From Eledone cirrhosa (Eukaryota): DNA of 64,000 bases. Of the stretch, positions 1 to 10,294 are shown in pieces; within the stretch, counting starts at the first letter, position 1; each line of letters starts with the position of its first letter. Location of the stretch: NCBI GenBank assembly GCA_964016885.1, contig OZ024741.1:338458001-338522000 (forward strand), in the 5' to 3' direction. The notes below the pieces were generated by a model. The model did no database searches. It had not been told where the DNA came from and worked only from the letters and a program-made list of their open reading frames with translations. The position numbers and the translations under genes were made by a program.

Positions 1-77
1 TTCAAACCAGTTCCTGTACACAGCTAAGTATTCTATAAGTCTCTAGCTGTGTCATTCTCGATAAAAGCACTGGATAT

Positions 78-120
78 GTAGTCCTGATGATTTCTAACAA
101 GAATGAAACGCGTAGATTAC
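78..120 (+). ncRNA. Type-I hammerhead ribozyme, array copy 1
   Basis: Stem I gtagtc(78-83)/gattac(115-120); core CTGATGA 84-90; stem II ttct-aaca-agaa; GAAA 105-108; palindromic minimal stem III acgcgt; GUA triplet with predicted cut after 114. Enclosed by a perfect 16-bp helix, 54-69/127-142. Confidence 0.85.
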
Positions 121-387
121 TTCCCTTGCTTTTATCGAGAATCTAATTGTAATACGTGACGTATTCTATTCTATAGCGATTAGGTCTTCAAAATGTTTAT
201 TATAAACATACAGAATATTTTCGAATATTCTATGTCTATATTCACATATATATCGCTATTTCAGAGCATTTATTCCAATTTCTAATTTCTGCCGGACCGG
301 CAACCGCTCTTTCAAACCAGTTCCTGTACACAGCTAAGTATTCTATAAGTCTCTAGCTGTGTCATTCTCGATAAAAGCACTGGATAT

Positions 388-430
388 GTAGTCCTGATGA
401 TTTCTAACAAGAATGAAACGCGTAGATTAC
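388..430 (+). ncRNA. Type-I hammerhead ribozyme, array copy 2
   Basis: Same sequence as 78-120, shifted by 310. Confidence 0.85.
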
Positions 431-697
431 TTCCCTTGCTTTTATCGAGAATCTAATTGTAATACGTGACGTATTCTATTCTATAGCGATTAGGTCTTCA
501 AAATGTTTATTATAAACATACAGAATATTTTCGAATATTCTATGTCTATATTCACATATATATCGCTATTTCAGAGCATTTATTCCAATTTCTAATTTCT
601 GCCGGACCGGCAACCGCTCTTTCAAACCAGTTCCTGTACACAGCTAAGTATTCTATAAGTCTCTAGCTGTGTCATTCTCGATAAAAGCACTGGATAT

Positions 698-740
698 GTA
701 GTCCTGATGATTTCTAACAAGAATGAAACGCGTAGATTAC
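698..740 (+). ncRNA. Type-I hammerhead ribozyme, array copy 3
   Basis: Same sequence as 78-120, shifted by 620. Confidence 0.85.
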
Positions 741-1007
741 TTCCCTTGCTTTTATCGAGAATCTAATTGTAATACGTGACGTATTCTATTCTATAGCGAT
801 TAGGTCTTCAAAATGTTTATTATAAACATACAGAATATTTTCGAATATTCTATGTCTATATTCACATATATATCGCTATTTCAGAGCATTTATTCCAATT
901 TCTAATTTCTGCCGGACCGGCAACCGCTCTTTCAAACCAGTTCCTGTACACAGCTAAGTATTCTATAAGTCTCTAGCTGTGTCATTCTCGATAAAAGCAC
1001 TGGATAT

Positions 1008-1050
1008 GTAGTCCTGATGATTTCTAACAAGAATGAAACGCGTAGATTAC
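1008..1050 (+). ncRNA. Type-I hammerhead ribozyme, array copy 4
   Basis: Same sequence as 78-120, shifted by 930. Confidence 0.85.
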
Positions 1051-1172
1051 TTCCCTTGCTTTTATCGAGAATCTAATTGTAATACGTGACGTATTCTATT
1101 CTATAGCGATTAGGTCTTCAAAATGTTTATTATAAACATACAGAATATTTTCGAATATTCTATGTCTATATT

Positions 1173-1399
<227 letters not shown>

Positions 1400-1526
1400 T
1401 TAAAACAACAGAATGCAAGACAATTTGGTGCATCATCGTTTACCAACCAGAACAACCAGTTCTACTCGTTGCTAAACAACCTAATATAGATTATATATAT
1501 ATATATATATATATAATCTATTGATG

Positions 1527-2050
1527 AACATTACGTTCATCAATACAACCCCTAGAGGTGAATTAGCTTACAAATTTAGAAGGGCCCGAGATAAACATAA
1601 ACTCAATATTAAGATAGTAGAAAGACCAGGTACCTCCATAAAAACACTTATTACCAATACATACCCTTTTCAAAGACCTCCCTGTATAGATAAGAAATGA
1701 ATAATCTGTAAACTAAGCCCTCATATTAACTGTAAAACTAGAAATGTAGTATATAGCATAAGATGTACTGAAGGACAATGTAAAGATAAGAATATAGTGT
1801 ACATAGGTGAGACAGCTCGTAGTATAAGAGAACGGTTAAATGAACACTGGCGAGAACTTCAAGATAAAAAATAACCAACATGCTAAAAAGCATCAACATG
1901 CTAAAATAGAACATAAGGGCAAATTAGAGAACATAGAAATGAAAATAGAATCTACACACAGAAAAGACGCAATGTTTAGACAAATCACAGAGGCAATAAA
2001 CATAAATGAACTCCAACCAAATTAAATAGAAAATATGAATGGAATAGCAA
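1527..2050 (+). pseudogene. Degraded GIY-YIG endonuclease region of a Penelope-like retroelement
   Basis: Manual translation gives ...NCKTRNVVYSIRCTEGQCKDKNIVYIGETARSIRERLNEHW and then MFRQITEAINI. These match the VVY-x-C...YIGET-R-ER-EH and RQI-EA motifs of PLE GIY-YIG. Stops and frameshifts are present. Confidence 0.8.
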
Positions 2051-2466
2051 CATCACAACTTACAATTAAGGACAAAATGAAAACACACACACACACATAG
2101 AACAAACAACCAACCAGTAACATTTAAATAAACAAATAAATAAACAAATAAAAACACACGCAGACACCCGGATGTAACACATGCGTAAACTAAGCACACA
2201 ACACACACAAAAACAAGATGGCGTAGGACAGAACAAAGGAGAGGCACAAAACAAAGAAAAAATCCCCAGTCACTGAAGAGGTCACAGAATGTATGACGAA
2301 AGAACTTTGACAATATATGAACAACCGTCCGGTTATGGAACCAACAAACTAACCGGAAATTTATAAATTCTTAAATTTATAAATTTAATTTATAATAAAT
2401 TGGAGTGAAAGCAACTGGTGCGTGTGTTTCTTATTGGCGACATGACCCTCCCAAAGCATAACAATA
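2050..2466 (+). mobile_element. Penelope-like terminal repeat (pLTR) downstream of the GIY-YIG remnant
   Basis: Contains an HHR-like motif at 2269-2311. Shares atggcgtag and atgaccctc...ataacaatat with 7490-7800 and related blocks with 9620-9910. Ends in (TA)n. Confidence 0.65.
2269..2311 (+). ncRNA. Hammerhead ribozyme-like motif in pLTR
   Basis: gtca CTGAAGA g-gtca(cagaatgta)tgac GAAA gaactt tgac. Stem I gtca/tgac; stem III is very short. Confidence 0.6.
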
Positions 2467-2983
2467 TATATATATATATATATACAGTGGCGGACTGGAC
2501 AGGTTGCCAGGTTGCCCAATGACAAAAATAAAAAAAAATTAAGTAAAGCAATTAGTTAACGAATTCCCCAGGGAATTAATAGAAACCAAAATATACGATA
2601 GTGTAAATAGCTGGAATCAATGGTTGTACATTCTACTAAATCTAAAGCTTAGAAAATCTATTCCTGAGTCCAACCATTCTCGTTGCTGTGGTAATGCGGC
2701 TGGACTGCCGATCGCTATATTTGATTTGCTAAGCTGTCTAAACGTATTGTTATTACTCTGGGGTACTATTCCCATTCGAGTGCTAAAGCTACATACCGAA
2801 TTTGCATTCGTTAGCTTGGCCGCAAACAAAGGCTTCGTTAATGCTGTACTAAAATTTGTATATATATATATATACTTGAGGGCGGCCGACCGGGGTAGAA
2901 GCTGCTAAATGTTCGGTCGCCCTCATGTCTCTGATTTTCAGCCCCATGAATTGTGTCTATTATATTCCTTTGTTATATTTCGA

Positions 2984-3041
2984 ATACCTGATGATGTCAC
3001 CGGATTCATACTGAACCCAGTCATTGAAATGATCATAGTAT
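2984..3041 (+). ncRNA. Type-I hammerhead ribozyme
   Basis: atac CTGATGA [extended stem II with ttca-tac-tgaa] GAAA, palindromic atgatcat, AUA triplet, gtat. Outer pairing attcctt/aaggaat. Confidence 0.7.
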
Positions 3042-3086
3042 AATAAACCTTTTAAGGAATTACACCAGTCCAGCCTCCTGTTATTT

Positions 3087-3120
<34 letters not shown>

Positions 3121-3125
<5 letters not shown>

Positions 3126-3975
3126 CACAAGTATGACCCCGACGGCAGAGCTCAAGCCGTTTCGACGGCTATTTCTGGATTATTTTTGTATTAGTATTTT
3201 TCTATTAATATTTTTGTATTAATATTTTGTATTAGTATTTTTGTAGTAGTATTTTAGTATTTTTCTTCTCAACTTATTAACCTGTCATTGTAAGATAGCA
3301 TTGGCTGATTACTAACTAACTATAGCAGTGATGTTAGACCCCCTGTAAAGCCGGCTTTAATTCTTTCACTACAATCTCGTATTTAGTATTTTTCCCACTC
3401 TCCACCTATTAAACTTTTCTATAGCTTAGCAATACCAAAGAGAAACTGGGTGATTGTGGAAATGGAGTAGTAACCAGAAATTGTTTTTTATATATTTATT
3501 TCCTTATTCTTCTATTGGGCTTTTTTTACTCCCTTTCAATTTACCTATTCTTTCAACCACCTCTTCTTCTCCAGTACACTTTTTTCGACCTTTTATACAC
3601 TATCCTTAGAATCTGCTGTATAGATTTCTCTTTCAACGCTTGACTGGGTTTCCCCCACTCCCTCTTTGTTCTACCGGCAAGTTCAGCCACCCCTACCTCC
3701 CACCAAATGCCATGATAGATTCATCTGTCTTTACAACAAATGTTTGACCAATCCTCTTGACAATTACTATCTTCCCATATAAGGAAATACCCCCTGAGAA
3801 GTTCGGCTATTTATTTACCAGGCTAAAAATTCTTATTTAGTCCAGAAATAGCTGTCGAAACGGCTTGAGCTCTGCCGACGGGGTCATACTTGTTCCTATT
3901 ACCCACTCTACTACCCTAAGTATTGAGTACTTTGGTGTGTTATGGTCCATCTGGTTCCTTACCACAATTCCTTCG
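3121..3975 (+). mobile_element. PLE-like remnant with inverted partial terminal repeat (3121-3179 vs 3841-3899) and hammerhead-like motif 3789-3884
   Basis: About 59-bp inverted arms with the motif GAAA cggc-ttgagctct-gccg (tc or ac) gggg. A related copy lies on the minus strand at ~13245-13440. Confidence 0.6.
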
Positions 3976-4927
3976 TTATATATATATAAGAAAGTAAGTT
4001 CATAGAATCAATTGATAAAATATATACAGTATTTCTTCTCCCAATCAGCATAATCAACCACATAAAAAATCAATTAAACGAGGCTATAAGTTTAAAATGT
4101 ACCTATGAAGAAACAATAGATAAATAAATGATACCTATTTTATCCGCGATCCACAGCCACAGAAAATTTACCGAGTATTTCTAATAGCCCGTAGAAATTG
4201 ACTAGACATATAGTTAACCATACACAATTCGGTACAAAATCAAAGTTAGAAGAAAAAAATGTACATAAACATACCAAAATCATGTTTCTACCTCCGAAGG
4301 TTTCATTCGCTTTTTGGAAATATCCGATCATGGATAAATCAACGAGTTTCGAAATCATCAGGAAACAAACTCAATTGGACAAAGATTTTTCTTAAATGAT
4401 CCCCGCCAGAAACGAATTCAAAATGGCTAAGAATTGTCACATGGCTAGTAGTCAAGTCAGAAAGCTTGTGATTGGTGCCTGACGGCGAGTAGGCTGGTTG
4501 CTAGAAAGCGCAGCCGAATACTGCCTAAAGTTTTATTCAACCTTACGAGAGTATATAAAATATAGAGGTTTACATATACATAAACTAGACAGAGCCATAG
4601 ATATATGTCTAGTTTATGTACACTATGTGGACTATGTATTGAAGAACGGATAAATATTCTAAGGAAATTACGCAATAGCGATTGCCTAAATTCAAGGAAT
4701 GAAATCTTCTCACGTTGTCCACACGTCTGGAAACATCTCTTGCATAACTACAAGCTCTAGATTGAATAACAGCAACATTTAATATTCTAATCAACTTATT
4801 CCGGACATTCACAGTTATCTCCCTTACACCTTACGCCCGTGGTTTTGTATCGCTTGGGTGAAGTGACCGTTTCTGCGCATGCGCGTTCATACGGTTGTTT
4901 TTCCTGTTCCGTATAACCATTACCAGT

Positions 4928-4968
4928 CCGAGCTGAAGATCCGCATAAGGTGAAACAATAGTTCTCGG
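4928..4968 (+). ncRNA. Type-I hammerhead ribozyme
   Basis: ccgag CTGAAGA t-cc-gcataa-gg-t GAAA c-aata-g UU ctcgg. Stem I ccgag/ctcgg is extended by acca/tggt. Confidence 0.8.
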
Positions 4969-5037
4969 TATGGTGAACTAACTGTCGTGTTACTAGTTCT
5001 ACCAAACTTACTTCTTTTTTCAGCAAACAAAGGGAGA

Positions 5038-5085
5038 TAAGCTGACAGATCTCTGTTTCGTACTGTTGGTACTCCTCAGAGCTTA
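5038..5085 (-). ncRNA. Type-I hammerhead ribozyme (minus strand)
   Basis: Minus strand reads taagct CTGAGGA gtac-caaca-gtac GAAA cagagatctg TC agctta, inside long arms (ttttcagcaaacaaagggag and its complement). Confidence 0.85.
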
Positions 5086-5125
5086 CCACTCCCTTTGTTT
5101 GCTGAAAAAAGAAGTAAGTGACATA

Positions 5126-5505
5126 GTCTTCAAAATGCTTTTAATTAAGCATACAGTGTATTGCAAAATACACTATATATACATTCATATATATATATCG
5201 CTATTTCAGAGCACCAATTCTAATTTTCAATTTTTGCTGGACCGGCAACAGTTCTGTATAATCAGTTCCTCATTATTACTGGAATTCTATAAGAATCCAA
5301 CGTTCATAATTTTCAGCAAACAAAGGGAGTGGTAAGCTCTGAGGAGTACGAAACAGATATCTGTCAGCTTATCTCCCTTTGTTTGCTGAAAAAAGAAGTA
5401 AGTGACATAGTCACTACTTTAAAACAATAGCGTAAGGTCTTCAAAATGCTTTTAATTAAGCATACAGTGTATTGTAAAATACACTATATATACATTCATA
5501 TATAT
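5126..5505 (+). repeat. ~311-bp retrozyme-like unit (1.2 copies) related to the 310-bp array
   Basis: gtcttcaaaatgctttt recurs at 5126 and 5437 (spacing 311). Shares atcgctatttcagagca, ggaccggcaac, gttcct, ttctataag and ggtcttcaaaatg with the array at 1-1177. Confidence 0.8.
5333..5371 (+). ncRNA. Minimal type-I hammerhead ribozyme
   Basis: taagct CTGAGGA gtac GAAA cagatatctg TC agctta. Palindromic stem III, GUC triplet, stem II collapsed to gtac, ~20-bp flanking helix. Confidence 0.8.
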
Positions 5506-5509
5506 ATTA

Positions 5510-7145
5510 GAGTGTGCCATAAAAAGCTCCCTGTGTATTTTCCCATTATAAATGCCTCAATTGGTAAAATAAAACATATTTTGTATAAAATAAATTATTT
5601 TGATTCTTACCTATATCATGGTGATTATAGTGGAAAGTGTGATTATGTTGCATGAAATCATGAAAATGTGAAACCAAATATGACCATACAATAATTGTTT
5701 ATTTTATTAATCCATTATATTTAATAAACCAGCTTTGAATATAAAGGCGTACAAGGAAGAAACAAGTTCAGTTAAGTTAACTCCAGTCATATTTTTTTCA
5801 GAGTTTCTTTTTTGAAATCCGGGACCTTACGACGATGAGCTTCGACTACTTGAAGAACACACTGCTTCTCCTCCTCATTCTTGGTGATGGCAACAAAATC
5901 AGTTATCAACTTGACTGCTCTCTCCGCCAGATCGTTGACTACCTTGATATTGTGAACAACAGCACATGCATTTTGATATGACGCTTGTGATGACCAAGTT
6001 GCAGGTTACAGTTCAAGCCAAGTATCGTCGAGACCAAGGAGATCGAACAGAAGCCTTGATTTCTTCCCAACTAGATGAGGCAGCTTCGTGGACGACTTCA
6101 ACTCGGGAAATACTGGAGCACCACGGTCGAGAGGCCCAGACGTTTTCGTTTTGACAAGACGTTGGGCTATTTGTTTCTTCTCGGACTCTTGGACCCGACT
6201 TGAAAACAGCGCTAGCGGAATGGCTTCCTCCGTCAGGTACCAAAGATGCCTGCTCAGAGCAGTAGTGGCTGCCTGCGAGAGACCTGTCAACCTTACTGTA
6301 CTGTGTCAACTTCAACTAGAATTGAAGGTCATTGGATGGTGCATCAGCACACTTGACTGCTATCAGCCAGTATCGCACGTAGAACAGAGCATTGAACATA
6401 CAGATCCGGCGCAACCTTTCCATTTTAGCTTGATCGTAATTGAGTCGTTCACCAAATGCATACATCTTTGCACTATAGATGATTGTGGACACCAGAGATA
6501 CTTTTTTCTGGCAACGCAGGGTTTCGAGAAATGTAGCATCTTCCATTTTCTGTTCATTATTACGAAGACGGTCTTTCAAAATTTTCTTTTCAACATCAGT
6601 ATGTGCAATGTAGAAATACGAATCCAATTCAGAAATAAATAGTGCTTCCTTTTCTTTGTTTGACTTAGAAACTTTGTTTTTTTTGTAAATTTCTATATTC
6701 ACTGTACATGTTCATAATTTTCAGTTTCACTTTGTCTTTTCGTTAAGTCGCCACACCAGCTTTTTCACACTGACTAACTACTTCCATCACAAGCCTATCC
6801 GCAATAACACCATTGAAGCTCACATGCTTTTTGTGTTTCATAGGACCATCTTTCAGGTAGAAGAAATATCTTGTTGGTATTTTGTTTGGTGTAAAGGATG
6901 TAACATATTGCCCCAGGAGCCATATTTCTCGATCATCACAACGTCACAACGGAGCGAGTATCTACAACTAGGCCCACTGGTTTCCGCCATTATTCTGCAA
7001 ATTTGCAACTGTTAGGCAAGGCTTAAATTGTCTGAAATAATCAAAATTACATTATAAATTGATAATATACAAAATGGCATGAGAAAATGGATAGGGAGCT
7101 AAGAAATAAACACTTTTGTGTAAAATGTGGGATTCTGGAACACCC
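5510..7145 (-). mobile_element. Internally deleted or decayed cut-and-paste DNA transposon, probably Sola2-like
   Basis: Imperfect short TIRs with GRG termini (GAGTGTGCCA... / ...TGGAACACCC), inserted in a (TA)n context. Minus-strand transposase fragments include ALSRHLWYLTEEAIPLALF and KVVNDLAERAVKLITDF. The superfamily call is from recalled motifs. Confidence 0.65.
5790..6990 (-). pseudogene. Fragmented transposase
   Basis: ORFs 6316-6702 and 6006-6290 plus the VVNDLAERAVK segment at ~5800-5960, in different frames. Confidence 0.7.
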
Positions 7146-7147
7146 TA

Positions 7148-7240
<93 letters not shown>

Positions 7241-7245
<5 letters not shown>

Positions 7246-7800
7246 ATACTTGGGGAGGGTCATATTTGCGTAATATTGCCAGAATAAATAACAGAACACA
7301 CTCACTGTTTGGTTGGTTTTCGCTTATCGCTGTCTTTTATTATATCTGCGATCTAACTTACTCGGTCCTCAATGTTGCCATTGACTGACCGGCGGTCAAA
7401 AATAATACAGATACAATATAGACACAAACACATATATATATATATAGTTTACATAATTTACATAAATCTTTCGTTGCACAGACTGAATAAAAAATGGCGT
7501 AGACATACAACACAACAGGAGGAACAATGAATATAACACCACTGACGATGTTGCAGATGTGCAACGAAAGATTTATGTAAATTATGTAAACTATATATAT
7601 ATATATGTGTTTGTGTCTATATTGTATCTGTATTATTTTTGACCGCCGGTCAGTCAATGGCAACATTGAGGACCGAGTAAGTTAGATCGCAGATATAATA
7701 AAAGACAGCGAGAAGCGAAAACCAACCAAACAGTGAGTGTGTTCTGTTATTAATTCTGGCAATATTACGCAAATATGACCCTCCCCAAGTATAACAATAT
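7241..7800. repeat. Near-perfect ~240-bp inverted repeat (7241-7481 / 7558-7800): PLE-type inverted pLTR with hammerhead-like core at 7542-7569
   Basis: The arms are reverse complements. The motif CTGACGA t-gttgca-gatg-tgcaac GAAA is present; stem I is weak. Confidence 0.8.
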
Positions 7801-7838
7801 CTGTTTCGACACACGATTTCATATAAAAAACCTCGCAA

Positions 7839-7901
<63 letters not shown>

Positions 7902-8016
7902 GGTGTTCCAGAGTCCCACATTTTACACAAAAGTGTTTTTTTCTTAGCTCCCTATCCATTTTCTCATGCCATTTTGTATATTATCAATTTATAATGTGAT
8001 TTTGATTATTTCAGAC

Positions 8017-8063
<47 letters not shown>

Positions 8064-8066
<3 letters not shown>

Positions 8067-8325
8067 CCCGTTTGACCTGTGCGAAATTCTTTCCTTACTC
8101 ACATTTCGACCAGGTTGGATGGTCTTTTTTCTCTCTCGTCCACGATTTCACAGAACTTATGTTCATCGATTTCAGGGACTTGACTCCTTCTTCCTCCCGT
8201 TTGACCTGTGCGAAATTCTTTCCTTACTCACATTTCGACCAGGTTGAATGGTCTTTTTTCTCTCTCGTCCACGATTTCACAGATCTTATGTTCATCGATT
8301 TCAGAGACTTGACTCCTTCTTCCTC
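8064..8325 (+). repeat. Tandem duplication of ~130 bp (2 copies)
   Basis: cctcccgtttgacctgtgcgaaattc occurs at ~8064 and ~8193. Confidence 0.9.
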
Positions 8326-8545
8326 ACTTTTCGTTGCATTACCATCTTTGTTTGTTTACTGTCTCGCTCGTTCCCCCTATTTACGTATCCCAACGACTTT
8401 CTTTAGCCGTTGCTTGCACCAACCAGAGGTATATGGTCTTTATAGCGATGAAATACCAATGAAGGCTGGAAGATCTCTAATGAAGTACTAAATTTATTCA
8501 TATGTAACCCATTTGCAACCACGCAGCACGTCATGTTTTCATATT

Positions 8546-8598
<53 letters not shown>

Positions 8599-8606
<8 letters not shown>

Positions 8607-9390
8607 TAATAGATTAAAGTTTAAGCAAAGAATCGATGCTTTCACCCTTAACGGGATCTTCTGAAACTAAAAAAAAGTCAATCTGTGAAAGCAGAAGTAA
8701 ATAAAGACCATGTGACCCCTGCGCCGCTGAGGCCCTGGAAATACTCTACGCCAAAGACCACATCTTAAACAAAAAATCTGAGGCTATTTCAGCTTGTAAA
8801 CATAAATTGCACAAAACTTTCCTGTATTACAGCCCCACATTATACGCTAACGGATAATACGAACTATACGCGGATATTTTACATCTTGATGTGGTAGCTA
8901 AATATATGTTATGTTTATACCATTACTTATTTGTATAGGTAAGTATATATTTCCTGTATGTTTAGTGAAGGTATGTATACTTTCTCGTACGTATATTTGC
9001 TTGTATATGTTATGGCGTATATATTATATATACTGGTACATTTTCATTTGGTTTGTGTATACGTGAGTTTTGCGTCTATGTGAGTATGCGGGTTCGTGTG
9101 TAGGGTGTGTGTGTATGTGTACGTTGTGTTTTGGTTGACATACGTCTGCGAACATATGTGTATTTACATGTAGGTATGTGTGTGCGCGCGTTATATACGT
9201 ATTTATGTGTGTATATTTATTGACGTTTATTTAATTATATGTACACACACATATATATATATTTTTTTTTAATATATATTTTTGAAATATTTACTTCTGC
9301 GTTCACAGATTGACTTTTTTAGTTTCAGAAGATCCCGTTAAGGGTGAAAGCAGCGATTCTTTGCTTAAACTTTAATCTGTTATTTTAATA
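8599..9390 (+). mobile_element. Truncated Penelope-like element: inverted pLTR (8599-8703), GIY-YIG C-terminus, pLTR (to 9390)
   Basis: ~105-bp inverted arms. 8705-8810 translates RPCDPCAAEALEILYAKDHILNKKSEAISACKHK, like the PLE C-terminal CxLC..E..I...LNKRSE...CRH. HHR variant at 9321-9371 (+) and 8618-8668 (-). Confidence 0.8.
9321..9371 (+). ncRNA. Hammerhead ribozyme variant (CAGAAGA core)
   Basis: agttt CAGAAGA t-ccc-gttaa-ggg-t GAAA gca-...-tgc TT aaact. All three stems pair; U4 is replaced by A in both inverted copies. Confidence 0.65.
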
Positions 9391-9499
9391 AATATTTGCT
9401 CTACGGTTCTTATATATTTGATATATATTTATCCTTATCGAACCCTCTTTGGATTTTAGTCTTCAAATTTATTATTATTACTATTATTATTATTATTAC

Positions 9500-9542
<43 letters not shown>

Positions 9543-9545
9543 GGG

Positions 9546-9607
<62 letters not shown>

Positions 9608-9619
9608 GAGAGAGAGAGA

Positions 9620-9912
9620 GAATAAAAATGGCGTAGACATACAATACAACAGGAGGAAACATAATAGTACCACTGATGATGTTGCAGATGTGCGACGAAA
9701 AAACTTTGACTATATATATATATGTATTTATATCTGTATTTTTTACCGTTGGTCAGTCAATGATAAACATTGATTGCTGAATTAATTAACTATGGAGATA
9801 TAAAAGATACAGAAGCGAAAACCAACCAAACAGTGAGTTCTGTTATTATTTCTGGCAATAGTATTACAATATCTGTTTCGACACACGATTTCATATAAAC
9901 CTCGCAAAACTA
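9620..9912 (+). mobile_element. pLTR-like copy (family of 7490-7840) with hammerhead-like motif 9665-9713
   Basis: Homologous to 7486-7840; motif CTGATGA t-gttgca-gatg-tgcgac GAAA aaactt tgactat. Confidence 0.65.
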
Positions 9913-9925
9913 ATTCATCGCCGTC

Positions 9926-10015
<90 letters not shown>

Positions 10016-10294
10016 ATAGTCGTCCCATCTTTTTCTCCTTCATCTCAAAATTTCCTTTTCTCTTTCACCATGTCCCAACTCACTCCCGCCCACCCTATTT
10101 CACCACCATTGCCACATCAACCAATCATACCTCTGCAGCACAAACTAGCAACCAGCTAACTCAATCTCCTCCTAGGACAGTTGTTTTTTGATCTGATGCT
10201 TGTTTCTGTATGGCTTATGGATTACTAAGTTGGAGCATTACTAATCGACAAATCCACTTCTGGACCATCGCACAATTGTTGTTCTTCTTTATTT

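Noticed and set aside
2484-2870. Possible hAT-like terminus (cagtggcgga) and transposase C-terminal remnant
   Set aside because: No matching second TIR or TSD found, and the protein similarity is too weak to support.
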